In this document: in pieces, positions 1 to 9,839 of the stretch | How positions within the stretch are numbered: the first letter of the stretch is position 1 | How the letters are laid out: each line of letters opens with the position of its first letter | Origin: an uncultured virus (IMG/VR IMGVR_UViG_3300027627_000004) | Taxonomy: Duplodnaviria; Heunggongvirae; Uroviricota; Caudoviricetes | Virus record (IMG/VR): IMGVR_UViG_3300027627_000004 | DNA length: 20,000 bases | Strand: one strand, 5' to 3' | Translations under genes and position numbers: made by a program | The notes under the pieces: generated by a model | The model's input: the letters and a program-made list of their open reading frames with translations, nothing else | Told to the model about the DNA's origin: nothing | Databases searched by the model: none

Positions 1-1
1 T

Positions 2-844
2 AATCCGACATTGGCGCTACCTTTAGACTTGGATGTAACGGACCTGCCAGGACAATTTTTCGGACCGCAGCCAATTGATAGCGGTATGCTTGTAAGCCCT
101 ACTTGTCCCCAGTGGACTTGTGTTCTCCAGCCAGGACAAGGTGTAGGTCAGATTTCTAATTTTGCTTTGATAGCAACGGTTACTTTCATTCCTCAGTCCT
201 CTATCTTGCTGACACCTTCGGAAGTGATAGCAGGTAATTCTGAAAAGACTTTTACACCTTTGGCTATTTCTTTAGACGTAGCTCCTACTCATACTTCGTT
301 TTTCAATGTACCCACACATGGTTTTGTGAATACTAACAAAGTTATTTTCTCTACTGATGGAACCTTACCTGTTGGGTTAACTGCCACAACGGAATATTAT
401 GTTGTAAACGCTATCACAAATTCATTTCAGGTATCTTTAACCTCTGGTGGTACAGCATTAGCATTGACTTCTGTAGGTACAGGAACACATTCGGTAAGAC
501 TGACGACGGATGATACTTTTAGCGTTACCAATCATGGTTTAGCTAATAACACACCTGTTAGTTTACTTTCTAATAAAACGATTCCTGCAGGACTGTTACC
601 AAATAAAACTTATTATGTAGTGTATGCTACACTCAATACATTTAAATTATCTGAGACAACTAATGGAGCACCAATAAACTTTACTAGTAGTGGAGATGGA
701 GTGTTGACGGTTACGAATTTAGATTCCACACCTGCTGGTGCTCCCGCGATAGGCAGTACTTTTTTGTATGCTATAGCTAACTTCCCCGCATCATACAAGC
801 TGTCTTCAGCGCGTGAAACCTTTATTGTAAATTTACAAACTTAA
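2..844 (+). CDS. Tail-collar-fibre/baseplate-like virion protein, 5'-partial, with two inserted ~70-aa repeat domains
   Basis: The frame is open from base 2 (NPTLALPLD...), so the start lies left of the window. The C-terminus FLYAIANFPASYK..TFIVNL parallels LFAHGHFPIFAK..TFRVVI of 6461..7528. Two 'HG[FL]xNxxxV..G/.LPxGL...YYVV...F.[VL]S.T.GG...G.G' units. Confidence 0.6.
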   Translation, partial: NPTLALPLDLDVTDLPGQFFGPQPIDSGMLVSPTCPQWTCVLQPGQGVGQISNFALIATVTFIPQSSILLTPSEVIAGNSEKTFTPLAISLDVAPTHTSFFNVPTHGFVNTNKVIFSTDGTLPVGLTATTEYYVVNAITNSFQVSLTSGGTALALTSVGTGTHSVRLTTDDTFSVTNHGLANNTPVSLLSNKTIPAGLLPNKTYYVVYATLNTFKLSETTNGAPINFTSSGDGVLTVTNLDSTPAGAPAIGSTFLYAIANFPASYKLSSARETFIVNLQT

Positions 845-856
845 GACGGGACTGGT

Positions 857-3800
857 ATGACGATTGAAACTTTATTAGGATTTCGCAATACAGATAGCAC
901 CGAAAATATAAACGCTAGATTAGCCGGTCTTGTACCTAAAGGTATTTTTCGCGGTGGTAATTTAATACCAGAACCGAACTCCCTTCAGATCAGAGTTGTT
1001 GGAACTGCTGGAGAACCTTGGGTATTTTTAGCGATTTCACCTGAAGGGATGGTTTTAAGAAATAAAAACTCCGAATACGTCTTGCCGGTAAAAGCAGGTC
1101 TTACAAATGTAGTAGTCTTAAGAGCAAAATATCTTGTAGGTAGCGCACCTATAGCTTCATTAGAAGTCATGACTTTAGGTGAATTTGATATAGATCCTGA
1201 TAAAGAATCACTCGTTAGACTTGGTTTAGTTAGTCCTCCGGCAGGCGCAATAAAAGTTTTACCTTCAGACATAGACCTTTCTTTCCGCGATTCAGTAGAG
1301 GGTTTTAGGCGTAATATTGTACGAGGGGTTGTATCTACTGTAGCGGATCTCCCAGCGGTAAGCGGTTTTCCTGCTTATGCCGAAGTAAATCTAGTGGGCA
1401 ATAATTTTGCTGAAAACACTACCGTAACGATTGCGGCAGGAGCTATTTCTGAGATATTTCCTTTTGTACCGGCTATAAATTTTAAACTTGGTGATTTAAA
1501 TATACCAGGATTGTCGCGTGTTAATCCAAGTCAAGTTAATATCGTTTCTATAAATAAATTAGGTACTTCCGATACCGTAACTGTAGCAACCACAACTGCT
1601 CATAATTTAAGTACAGGTGATGGCATTAGGTTGTCTGATACTCCAGCCGCCAATGTAAATGGTGTCTGGTCTGTATCCTCTATAGTATCTTCTAAGGAAT
1701 TTAGATTTAAGAAAAATGATAATTCAACTATTGAAGTAGGTAAGTATTTTACTTTTACCGTAGATATAGTTGAAAATACAATAAATAAAACAAATCATGG
1801 TTTGTTAAATGGTCAACAAGTTATCTTTTTATCCTCTGGAAATTTACCTGCTGGATTGAATAACACGACTATTTATTATGTTGTTAGTGCTCTTGCCAAT
1901 ACTTTTAAGGTGTCGTTGACTTTTAATGGTTATGGGATTGATTTAAGTGATGCGGGTACAGGCACGCATACGGTATATCAGGCTAGTGGTAATGGAAACG
2001 CCATTAAATCAGACGTTATATGCAGCGTAATAGCTAAAACTGCTCCAGGTGTTCAGCATGGTTTAGTTCAAACTATGCCTATAGTTATTACAGGAGTTGC
2101 CGATCCTTCTTTTAATGTAAATAGTGTTGTAGATACAGTTATAGATTCCCAGACTTTTACTTTTAAAATGAGTGGATATCCCACGGCAGTAAGTGGGCTA
2201 GGTCAAGTATCTAAATCTGGATTGTCCTTACCTACTAATGCTGTAGAAATTGGTGAGAATGCGGCTACAACAGCAGAGCATTTTGAAAATTCTTTTACTA
2301 GTTCGAGGCTAGCTCCACTAATAAAAGCTACCGCTATTGGTTCATCTTTACAGTTACAAGTTAAAGATGCAGGAGTTTTAGGTAACAGCTATACTTTGGC
2401 TTCCAGTGAGCCTGGTTATACTTCGGCACAAAAACAAATTGTGCTGAGTGGAAATACTTTTACAGGTGGGTTAGATCCACTGTCCGGTCTTGATGCACCT
2501 ATAGATTTGCGAGTGGGTGATATTTATGTTGTAGAGTTCGGTGATGAAGGCACTTTAGACCTTTGGGGATTTGATGGTACAGTTTTTAGAAATCTTACCT
2601 CTGCTGCTACTTCTACCCTATTAGATTTTCACCGTAGAAATCTTTTGTTAAATGAGAAGCATTTAACAGAAAATGAAAAAGACGCCTTAAGTGGTACACG
2701 GGGTGTTCCCTCGTCTACAAACCGTTTTGTTACCCAGCAAGATAGCTCAGTCTTAACCGCTGACTTAGGCGATGCGCTAGTCGGTGCAGACACAGAAGTT
2801 CCAAGCGGAACTAATAGATTTCTCACAGAAGCGAGATGGCGCGGTGAAAGACGTAACATAACAATTAGCGAAGGTAACAACAGCATAGAACTACCTAGTG
2901 GACGTTGGGTTGTAGGTAATGAAACTACTAGTGGTTTTAAATTCTTTAATGTTGTTTTTAAGGATTCCTTAGATCCAGTCGCATATCCTGGTGGTCCTGT
3001 AGAATATACACAAGTAGACTTTTCTAAAGTTACAGTCGAACAGTTATATAAAAATTCAGGATTATCAGATGTTCTAAACCCGTCGTCCGATGCGGATTCC
3101 CTTGGAATTTACCCGAAACTCGATGATGCTACGCTAGGTAACCCAGTAAAACTTTTTGTAAAATTAAGCCAAAATATTGATAATGGTGATGCTGCAATAT
3201 TATATTCGTCGGCAAGCCAAGAACGGACACGGCTAGTAGGTTCCGATATGCTTGCCGGACCGCAGCGTATAATACCTGCAGATTTGCGAGACATTCAAAA
3301 TAAAGTAAGTGAGTTACGTTTTAATAAAGGTATTGGTGTAGCCAATACTACAGTGACCTTCCCTGCTGATCTTTTTGTGTCGTCTAATTTACAAAATTAT
3401 AAATATAGACGTGCTGTATCGGGAACATTCGCAACGATAAGTGATACGTTTGATATTAATTTTTTAACAGGAACTGGTACTGCAGGAATTGTAAATTCGT
3501 TTACTCCAGTGACTTTGCCTGCTGCAAACACATGGACACGTTATGTGTTGACATTAAATCAAACAGGTAAAGTTGATGTTTATCACATAGCTAATTACAT
3601 AGAAAAAAGTACTGATAATATATTCCATTTAAATCTGGAAGACGTAGCGTTACCAAATTTAGCTTTTACACAAGGTGAATGGCTGTTTGCATCGGTAGCA
3701 GTAAAAAGTAATTCAACTAATACTGGTATCGTAATTGATACAACGGCTGGTTGTATTGAAATGTACCCTTACCAAGCAGGAAATGCTAGGGAGTGGGGAG

Positions 3801-6451
3801 CGGAAATACTTTGTGGTGATGGTGTAACATCGGTTGGTCATTTTACGGGGACCGATGCCCATACCAGAGCGATGAATGTGGTTAAATCAGGAGATACGGT
3901 TAAGTTACTGCCTGGTACATATTCAGGTCAGTGTATTATATCCACTGATGATCTAACTTTAGAATTTAGTAAGGGTGCGGTTATAAAAAACAATACCGCA
4001 TCACCTAGTACCTCAATTAATTTTTCAAATTGGAATTCTGGAACGGATGTTATTACGAGTATAGCACATGTCTTTAAAGCAGGCATGGCTGTAAATATAA
4101 TAACATCTGGAACTTTACCTACTGGCATAATTTCGGGCTTAACGTATTACATCATAAATAAAACAGATAATACTTTTCAGCTTGCTTTAACTGCATCTGG
4201 CAGTGCCGTAGATTTTAATTCTCAAGGAACTGGCAATCATACGGTGTCCGCAGCGATGTTTGCTTTAAATGTCAATGCAGCTAATTTTAAATTAAACGAC
4301 GCTGTCATTGATTCTTGTTCTGTTGCAATTAACTTTACTGAAAATGCAAGTACACCAGAAATAGTAAACCCAAAGTTTACAGATTTGGTATCAAGAAATT
4401 TTTCAGCAACACCTATACAGCAAGCTGGAGGCACTTTTTTCTCTAAGAAAAATCTTACAGGAGCTTATACTTGTACTGATGGGATCTTAGGTGAATTTAC
4501 TGGTGATTTTAATTCACCCAGCGCCATTAATGACGCGATTGCTGTTGCAGAAGCTGGTGACGTAATTTTAATTTATCCTGGTACTTATAACTCTTTTACT
4601 TGTACTAAAGATAATATTTATTTTAAAGGGTACGGTGCTAATGAAGTTTTCATAAATGGTCCGACATCTATTACCGTCTCTGGTAACGGTAATAAGTTTG
4701 AAAATTTGGTCTGTGACGGCGCTACAGGTATTGATTGTAGTGGCACATATAATATTTTTGAATCCAGTGTGACGTTCTCCGCTGCTGTAAACGTAAAATT
4801 AAAATTACCAGTAACAAATGCTCGTCATTACAATTTCCATCCTTTGTTTGCTGCAAATACGGCAAGGGCAAACACTGCGGGTATAGTAACTATTGGCGAC
4901 GGTACAACTAGCTTTGGTGATTATTGTGGTGCGGACGCCATCAACCAAGCTCTGTTAAACGAGCCTAGTGGGACTAAGTTAAAAGTAGGTGCTGGTATAT
5001 TCAATGCCATTAACCCAGGCGTCGATAGAGATAATTATTTTATAGAAGGTGCGGGTTACAGCACTAAAATTCAAGCTAATCATCTTGCGGGTGATTTAGA
5101 GGTAGTGAACCTCTCAGGTGACTTTAATACGATTAAAGACCTGCATTTAGAGGCTTTGAATAATATAGATACCGGCTACAATATGTACGGTGTCACGGTT
5201 AACGGTAATGAAAATACGATAGACAATGTTACGTTTGTAGAGGCAGGCAATAGTCTTATTACCGCCGAACGTAAATATAATTTTAAGTCTGGTTCTCGCT
5301 CCGTATTTACCAAAAAAACAGGAGCACCAATTGACGGTATTGCTTCCTGGACTGTGGGTGATGGTAAGCGTTCGTTTGGAGATATAAATGGTCCAAGCGG
5401 AATTGATATTGCTCTTAATCAATTGCCTTATTCACCAAACTCAACCAATACGGGCGCTATCACTGAGGGGATGAATCCTAATCAGGCGATATTCCGTGAT
5501 TATTCAACGCCTGTTTTGTTAGAGTTTTTAGATCAAAGCGATCCTAATTATGTAGATGTATTAAATAGGTATATCTATATTAGGAGCACGGTAGCTGGCA
5601 GTAACAATACCGGCAGTTTCAAAATTGTGAGTATTGAGGATGCTACAGGAATTGTTGTAGAGCGTGACGATAGTAAGCTATGGGACTTTACAGAACCTGC
5701 GAAGTCTAGTTTAACCTGGAATATTTTGACCGGCGCTAAAATAGTTGTGCTTCCAGGTACATATACTGGTTTCACCATACCACAAAGCCGCAATGATATT
5801 GATTTAGAGGCTTGGGGTTCGGACGTGATTTTGTCAGGTGATGATCCTTTAATAACTGTCGAAGCTAGTCGGTGCCGTATAGCAGGATTTAGGTTTGAGG
5901 GTACTGGAGTAGGCATACGAGTTGAAGGTAGAGATAATATATTTGAAAGAAATATATTTGGTTCTGACATCACGACACGCTACGACATAGTTTCTATGTT
6001 TCCTTTAATAGATGGTGCGGTTAATACAAAAATATTTGGCGCTCCTGAAAACTTAGATAAAACTTGTTATACTGTTGCTTCGCATTTAGGGCGTGGTGAT
6101 TTTGTCGGATTGACAGGCGGTTGTATTCAAGCTGCCGTTGATGCGGCAGAAAACGATGACCAGATAAAAACAGTATTTATAGGTGCCGGTAATTATAGTA
6201 TCAGCAGCGCAATAAATGTACCTGTAGGTATTACTGTTATAGGATCTGGCTACAATACAGTATTAACGTCTACGGGTTCTACAATTGCATTTCAACTAAC
6301 TACTGGTTACCAATCAATATCTGGTTTACGCTTTAGTGGTTTTACTAATTACGTTAATGGACCGGCTACTTCTGTCTTTGCCAGAGGAAACTGGCTAGGT
6401 GGTAGTACGGCAGCAGGTTTAGCCGCTAGTTCAACTGCGGATAATTTGTGA
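857..6451 (+). CDS. Large tail fibre/spike-like virion protein (1864 aa) with repeat domains and several beta-helix-like modules
   Basis: Long G/T/S/N-rich ORF. Two NHGL/AHVF-type domains, two FCCH-like domains (TTTAHNLSTGD; GVQHGLVQT), two DALxG..PSxTNRF repeats and five 'GDG..S.GD/F.G..AI..A...PGTY' pectate-lyase-like cap motifs. Confidence 0.65.
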   Translation: MTIETLLGFRNTDSTENINARLAGLVPKGIFRGGNLIPEPNSLQIRVVGTAGEPWVFLAISPEGMVLRNKNSEYVLPVKAGLTNVVVLRAKYLVGSAPIASLEVMTLGEFDIDPDKESLVRLGLVSPPAGAIKVLPSDIDLSFRDSVEGFRRNIVRGVVSTVADLPAVSGFPAYAEVNLVGNNFAENTTVTIAAGAISEIFPFVPAINFKLGDLNIPGLSRVNPSQVNIVSINKLGTSDTVTVATTTAHNLSTGDGIRLSDTPAANVNGVWSVSSIVSSKEFRFKKNDNSTIEVGKYFTFTVDIVENTINKTNHGLLNGQQVIFLSSGNLPAGLNNTTIYYVVSALANTFKVSLTFNGYGIDLSDAGTGTHTVYQASGNGNAIKSDVICSVIAKTAPGVQHGLVQTMPIVITGVADPSFNVNSVVDTVIDSQTFTFKMSGYPTAVSGLGQVSKSGLSLPTNAVEIGENAATTAEHFENSFTSSRLAPLIKATAIGSSLQLQVKDAGVLGNSYTLASSEPGYTSAQKQIVLSGNTFTGGLDPLSGLDAPIDLRVGDIYVVEFGDEGTLDLWGFDGTVFRNLTSAATSTLLDFHRRNLLLNEKHLTENEKDALSGTRGVPSSTNRFVTQQDSSVLTADLGDALVGADTEVPSGTNRFLTEARWRGERRNITISEGNNSIELPSGRWVVGNETTSGFKFFNVVFKDSLDPVAYPGGPVEYTQVDFSKVTVEQLYKNSGLSDVLNPSSDADSLGIYPKLDDATLGNPVKLFVKLSQNIDNGDAAILYSSASQERTRLVGSDMLAGPQRIIPADLRDIQNKVSELRFNKGIGVANTTVTFPADLFVSSNLQNYKYRRAVSGTFATISDTFDINFLTGTGTAGIVNSFTPVTLPAANTWTRYVLTLNQTGKVDVYHIANYIEKSTDNIFHLNLEDVALPNLAFTQGEWLFASVAVKSNSTNTGIVIDTTAGCIEMYPYQAGNAREWGAEILCGDGVTSVGHFTGTDAHTRAMNVVKSGDTVKLLPGTYSGQCIISTDDLTLEFSKGAVIKNNTASPSTSINFSNWNSGTDVITSIAHVFKAGMAVNIITSGTLPTGIISGLTYYIINKTDNTFQLALTASGSAVDFNSQGTGNHTVSAAMFALNVNAANFKLNDAVIDSCSVAINFTENASTPEIVNPKFTDLVSRNFSATPIQQAGGTFFSKKNLTGAYTCTDGILGEFTGDFNSPSAINDAIAVAEAGDVILIYPGTYNSFTCTKDNIYFKGYGANEVFINGPTSITVSGNGNKFENLVCDGATGIDCSGTYNIFESSVTFSAAVNVKLKLPVTNARHYNFHPLFAANTARANTAGIVTIGDGTTSFGDYCGADAINQALLNEPSGTKLKVGAGIFNAINPGVDRDNYFIEGAGYSTKIQANHLAGDLEVVNLSGDFNTIKDLHLEALNNIDTGYNMYGVTVNGNENTIDNVTFVEAGNSLITAERKYNFKSGSRSVFTKKTGAPIDGIASWTVGDGKRSFGDINGPSGIDIALNQLPYSPNSTNTGAITEGMNPNQAIFRDYSTPVLLEFLDQSDPNYVDVLNRYIYIRSTVAGSNNTGSFKIVSIEDATGIVVERDDSKLWDFTEPAKSSLTWNILTGAKIVVLPGTYTGFTIPQSRNDIDLEAWGSDVILSGDDPLITVEASRCRIAGFRFEGTGVGIRVEGRDNIFERNIFGSDITTRYDIVSMFPLIDGAVNTKIFGAPENLDKTCYTVASHLGRGDFVGLTGGCIQAAVDAAENDDQIKTVFIGAGNYSISSAINVPVGITVIGSGYNTVLTSTGSTIAFQLTTGYQSISGLRFSGFTNYVNGPATSVFARGNWLGGSTAAGLAASSTADNL

Positions 6452-6460
6452 GGCAAATAA

Positions 6461-7528
6461 ATGTTTACTGATCCTGTAGATACAATCTTATGCCAGCTTA
6501 CCCTTGAAGGTAGAAACCTTTTAGCGCGAATGAAATTTGGGACTGAATGTTTGTTTACCGTAGATGGCTGGCAAATGGGTAGAGGCGGTTATGACGCTAC
6601 TAACCCCGTCAAAATAACTCCTATAGTCGATAATACAAATCAGTCTGTAGGGTATATAGAGGTTATCAGTAACTCAAATTGGAAAGCTGGAGATCAAATA
6701 GTATTAAATGGTGTGTCTTTTATTAAAGATACACATTGGGTAGTCGGAGGTACGGCAGAGGAAACGGCAGATAACATATTAAAAGCGGTAAACGATTCAA
6801 AAGATCCAGGTATATATAGACTAATTTTAGCAGATATAGATCCCCTAGAACCTGCCAAATTACGTTTTACATCGATAGTTTATGGAAATGTTTTAACTGG
6901 TAAAGATTTTAATTTTTTGCCTGCAGCTATTAACGTAAGTAACGATGAAATAATTTTAGTTAATCACGGTTTAGTAAACTATATGGAATGTGAGTTTGCG
7001 ACTACAGGCACATTACCTAATGGAGTAGTGACTGGGACAAAATATTATATAGAAGTAATAGATAAAGACACCTTTAAACTTTCTACTACTTTAAACACAC
7101 CAAACGCTTTAAATATTACTACTCAAGGTACAGGTATTCATTCGATTCTACCCACTGCTAATTTATATCCGATAAATCATTTAGAGGTTCCTGGTGCGTC
7201 TAGTTTTGAAGTTACACCTATGAGCCTAGCTATATCTAATGCTCTAATTGATGCCGCATATCCTGTACCTCCCACATTAGGGAGTTTTCTTTTACCGGAT
7301 GGACGAATAGAAAGACCTACCGATAGTTCTCTTTCGTTTGTACTACGCATACCTGATGGTGCAGTAGGTATGAACGCTTACGGTGAGGTAGGACTGTGGG
7401 CTACAATTATTCAAAGCACACACCCTATGGAGATCGGACGTAAAGTTCTGTTTGCCCATGGACACTTTCCGATATTCGCAAAAACAGATCGTAGCCTATG
7501 GACGTTTAGAGTTGTAATCACTATGTGA
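6461..7528 (+). CDS. Tail-collar-fibre-like (DUF3751-like) virion protein with inserted domains
   Basis: RBS GAGG. The LTxEGRxLLA start, GEVGLWA and LFAHGHFP..K..F motifs resemble phage tail-collar fibre proteins (recalled, not searched). One NHGL domain copy. Confidence 0.6.
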   Translation: MFTDPVDTILCQLTLEGRNLLARMKFGTECLFTVDGWQMGRGGYDATNPVKITPIVDNTNQSVGYIEVISNSNWKAGDQIVLNGVSFIKDTHWVVGGTAEETADNILKAVNDSKDPGIYRLILADIDPLEPAKLRFTSIVYGNVLTGKDFNFLPAAINVSNDEIILVNHGLVNYMECEFATTGTLPNGVVTGTKYYIEVIDKDTFKLSTTLNTPNALNITTQGTGIHSILPTANLYPINHLEVPGASSFEVTPMSLAISNALIDAAYPVPPTLGSFLLPDGRIERPTDSSLSFVLRIPDGAVGMNAYGEVGLWATIIQSTHPMEIGRKVLFAHGHFPIFAKTDRSLWTFRVVITM

Positions 7529-7605
7529 AATTAATCTAATATAATTAAACCTTTCTTACTAGATTAATTATAAAGGGTATGCCTTTATTTAATAGGAGAA
7601 TTACG

Positions 7606-7890
7606 ATGGCTAGTTTGAATTTTTTAAAAAAACGTGTAACTGATTTTAAACTTGTTAAAGGCACAGATTCTTACACTGTAGATTGTGACTTTACCCCGAA
7701 TGCAGTTTTGGTAGATTTTGTGGATATCTTGACGAAAAATGAAAAAGACACGATTAGCTGGGACTTAGCGGCTACGGCTACTGGTTATCAATTAACCGTC
7801 AGCCATGTCACTGCTAGCCCACGCAAGATCAAAGTGGTTTTAGCTAAATACGCTAAAAACCCAGAGCAAACGATCAGCTTTGGTAGCTAA
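7606..7890 (+). CDS. Small beta-rich hypothetical protein, probably virion-associated (94 aa)
   Basis: AGGAG at 7594-7598 supports ATG 7606 rather than 7579. N-terminus MASLNFLKKRVT. Confidence 0.65.
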   Translation: MASLNFLKKRVTDFKLVKGTDSYTVDCDFTPNAVLVDFVDILTKNEKDTISWDLAATATGYQLTVSHVTASPRKIKVVLAKYAKNPEQTISFGS

Positions 7891-8213
7891 GGTATCCAAG
7901 ATTTCAGAATCGTGGACGCAATCTCTGCTACAGATTGCGTGTTACCTACTATAAGCATCGATTGATCGTTCGGACCGGCTACGACATTAATGCTTGGTTG
8001 TAAGCCTAAATTTGGCGGCACAGCTATTACTTTAGGCTTAAGCTTAGTTGATTTATTTTTATTTTTTTCGTAATAAACTCTACCTCTGTGCAAAGTAGAA
8101 GCAGTTAATTTCAGTCTTTTAAGTATTGATTCAGTGGTTTCTTCTGGGTTTTTTTGTTTGGCTTCCTTCCAAAGGCGATATGTTTTGTCTGCTGCTGGTG
8201 ATAATGCTTTCAT
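7887..8213 (-). CDS. HTH-containing protein, IS66 TnpA-like architecture
   Basis: HTH-like TTESILKRLKLTASTLHRGR, a Lys/Pro linker, then a short beta-beta-helix C-terminus. Coupled to the upstream ORF (3-nt gap). Confidence 0.45.
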   Translation of the reverse strand: MKALSPAADKTYRLWKEAKQKNPEETTESILKRLKLTASTLHRGRVYYEKNKNKSTKLKPKVIAVPPNLGLQPSINVVAGPNDQSMLIVGNTQSVAEIASTILKSWIP

Positions 8214-8216
8214 GCT

Positions 8217-8591
8217 TTACCCTTTACCTGATGACAATCTTGTGTAATTTTTGATTGCCCATTTTGCTACTTCTGCGGTGTAAATAACTCTCTTACCATC
8301 GAAGAATGGTGGTATCGATCTCAAGCCTTTTTCGGTAAGAAAACTACCTGCAAGGCTTCGATGATAAGCGAAGGTATTATTCGCACCAAATAATTTAAAG
8401 GCATCCCATTTATTATTAAAAAACATTACAAATTGCCCTGGCTCTAATAGAGTTAAGTCTATTCCACGGCTTTTCGCTATGTCTTTTAAGCTATCATGAC
8501 TATACGCCATAGAGACATAAGGGATGACTTGCAACACACCTGGGTTATCGGATATTCTTTGTCTCGGTAAACGTGCAGCTACACTAGCCAT
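8217..8591 (-). CDS. IS66 Orf2/TnpB-like protein (124 aa)
   Basis: AGGAGG RBS before ATG 8591. VSMAYSHDSL..IA...G.....PGQFVMFFNNKWDAFKL resembles the IS66 TnpB pattern DMRkgfdGL......G.lfvF.NrrrdrlKl. Confidence 0.5.
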   Translation of the reverse strand: MASVAARLPRQRISDNPGVLQVIPYVSMAYSHDSLKDIAKSRGIDLTLLEPGQFVMFFNNKWDAFKLFGANNTFAYHRSLAGSFLTEKGLRSIPPFFDGKRVIYTAEVAKWAIKNYTRLSSGKG

Positions 8592-8626
8592 GAAGCCTCC
8601 TAGATGCTTTAGCAAAGCATCTAGTA

Positions 8627-9637
8627 TTAGGTGGGTACGTTGTCAAGCCTTTTCAAGTACCAGGCTATTGTTTTTCTTAAACCCGTCTCAAATGTCTCTT
8701 TAGGCTCAAAGCCTAAGTCTCTCTTAATTTTGCTGGCATCAATCGCGTAGCGTTTATCGTGACCTAATCTATCGGTTACAAAACTGATAAGGGAGCGTCT
8801 GTTAGTTGGTCCCTCCATCTCATCAACTAAATCACAAATACGTTCAACAACCTCTAAATTTGTCTTTTCGCAATTGCCGCCTATATTATAGGTTTCACCG
8901 ATTTTGCCTTCAGTAGCCACTAAATATAAAGCATCAGCATGATCTTCAACATATAACCAGTCTCGTACATTATCGCCTTTACCATAAACAGGTAGGGGTT
9001 TTTGGTTATAAGCATTTAAAATAATTAAAGGTATTAATTTCTCTGGGAACTGATAGGGACCATAATTATTTGAGCAGTTAGTGATTAAAGTGGGCAAACT
9101 GAATGTTTCATGCCACGCACGAACTAAATGATCACTAGATGCTTTACTCGCTGAGTATGGTGAATTAGGTGCATAAGACGTTTCTTCTGTAAAAAGTCCT
9201 GTATCACCCAATGTGCCGTAAACTTCATCAGTTGAGATGTGATGAAATCTAAATTTATTTCTAGAGGATTCATCAAGCTTTTCATAATAAATCCTTGCCG
9301 ATTGTAACATCTCATAAGTGCCAATAAAATTGGTCTGCATAAAAATGCGCGGAGAATCAATGGACCGGTCAACGTGAGATTCTGCCGCAAGATGCATAAC
9401 AATAGTTGGTTTATATTTTTCAAAAGTAAAATTTAAAATACTAGAATCGCAAATATCGGCTTGTATGAAAAAATACCGATTTGGATATAGCTTTTTAGTA
9501 TCGTGAAAAAAAGATAGATTGGAAGCATAAGTCAATTTGTCATAATTGATCACAATATCATCGGTGTCTCGAAGTATCTTTCTTATTACCGCAGAACCAA
9601 TAAAACCCGCACCACCCGTAACCAATATAGTATTCAT
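8627..9637 (-). CDS. rfbB: dTDP-glucose 4,6-dehydratase
   Basis: [55 protein letters not shown] and [10 protein letters not shown] motifs. Confidence 0.97.
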   Translation of the reverse strand: MNTILVTGGAGFIGSAVIRKILRDTDDIVINYDKLTYASNLSFFHDTKKLYPNRYFFIQADICDSSILNFTFEKYKPTIVMHLAAESHVDRSIDSPRIFMQTNFIGTYEMLQSARIYYEKLDESSRNKFRFHHISTDEVYGTLGDTGLFTEETSYAPNSPYSASKASSDHLVRAWHETFSLPTLITNCSNNYGPYQFPEKLIPLIILNAYNQKPLPVYGKGDNVRDWLYVEDHADALYLVATEGKIGETYNIGGNCEKTNLEVVERICDLVDEMEGPTNRRSLISFVTDRLGHDKRYAIDASKIKRDLGFEPKETFETGLRKTIAWYLKRLDNVPT

Positions 9638-9659
9638 AAGTACCTCAATATAAGTTCAA

Positions 9660-9668
9660 TAAGATTAA
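9660..9668 (+). promoter_or_regulatory. Candidate late-promoter motif TAAGATTAA
   Basis: The same 9-mer occurs at 16753 and 18502, and CTAGATTAA at 7559. Each lies shortly upstream of a + strand start. Confidence 0.45.
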
Positions 9669-9695
9669 CTTTACCGGATTTTTCTAGGAGATCAA

Positions 9696-9839
9696 ATGCG
9701 CTTTTTGAAAAAAATAACAGCCGAAGATTACGTGCCTTGGTTGAATGAAGCTACCGAGGCAGCTATGAACGCTATACTCGAAGTAAAAAAGAAAATGCAA
9801 GACTGGGCTGAAGAAGAAGTACAAGTACTTTGGAACTAA
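9696..9839 (+). CDS. Small protein (47 aa) with MRFLKKITA leader; not in the ORF track
   Basis: AGGAG 9686-9690, ATG 9696, MRFLKKITAEDYVPWLNEATEAAMNAILEVKKKMQDWAEEEVQVLWN*. Overlaps the dut start. Confidence 0.75.
   Translation: MRFLKKITAEDYVPWLNEATEAAMNAILEVKKKMQDWAEEEVQVLWN

Noticed and set aside
613..5973. Minus-strand ORFs inside the structural genes
   Set aside because: Antisense shadows of long coding frames with no motifs.
857..7528. Diversity-generating retroelement acting on the fibre genes
   Set aside because: No reverse transcriptase and no near-identical nucleotide repeat pair differing at adenines was seen.
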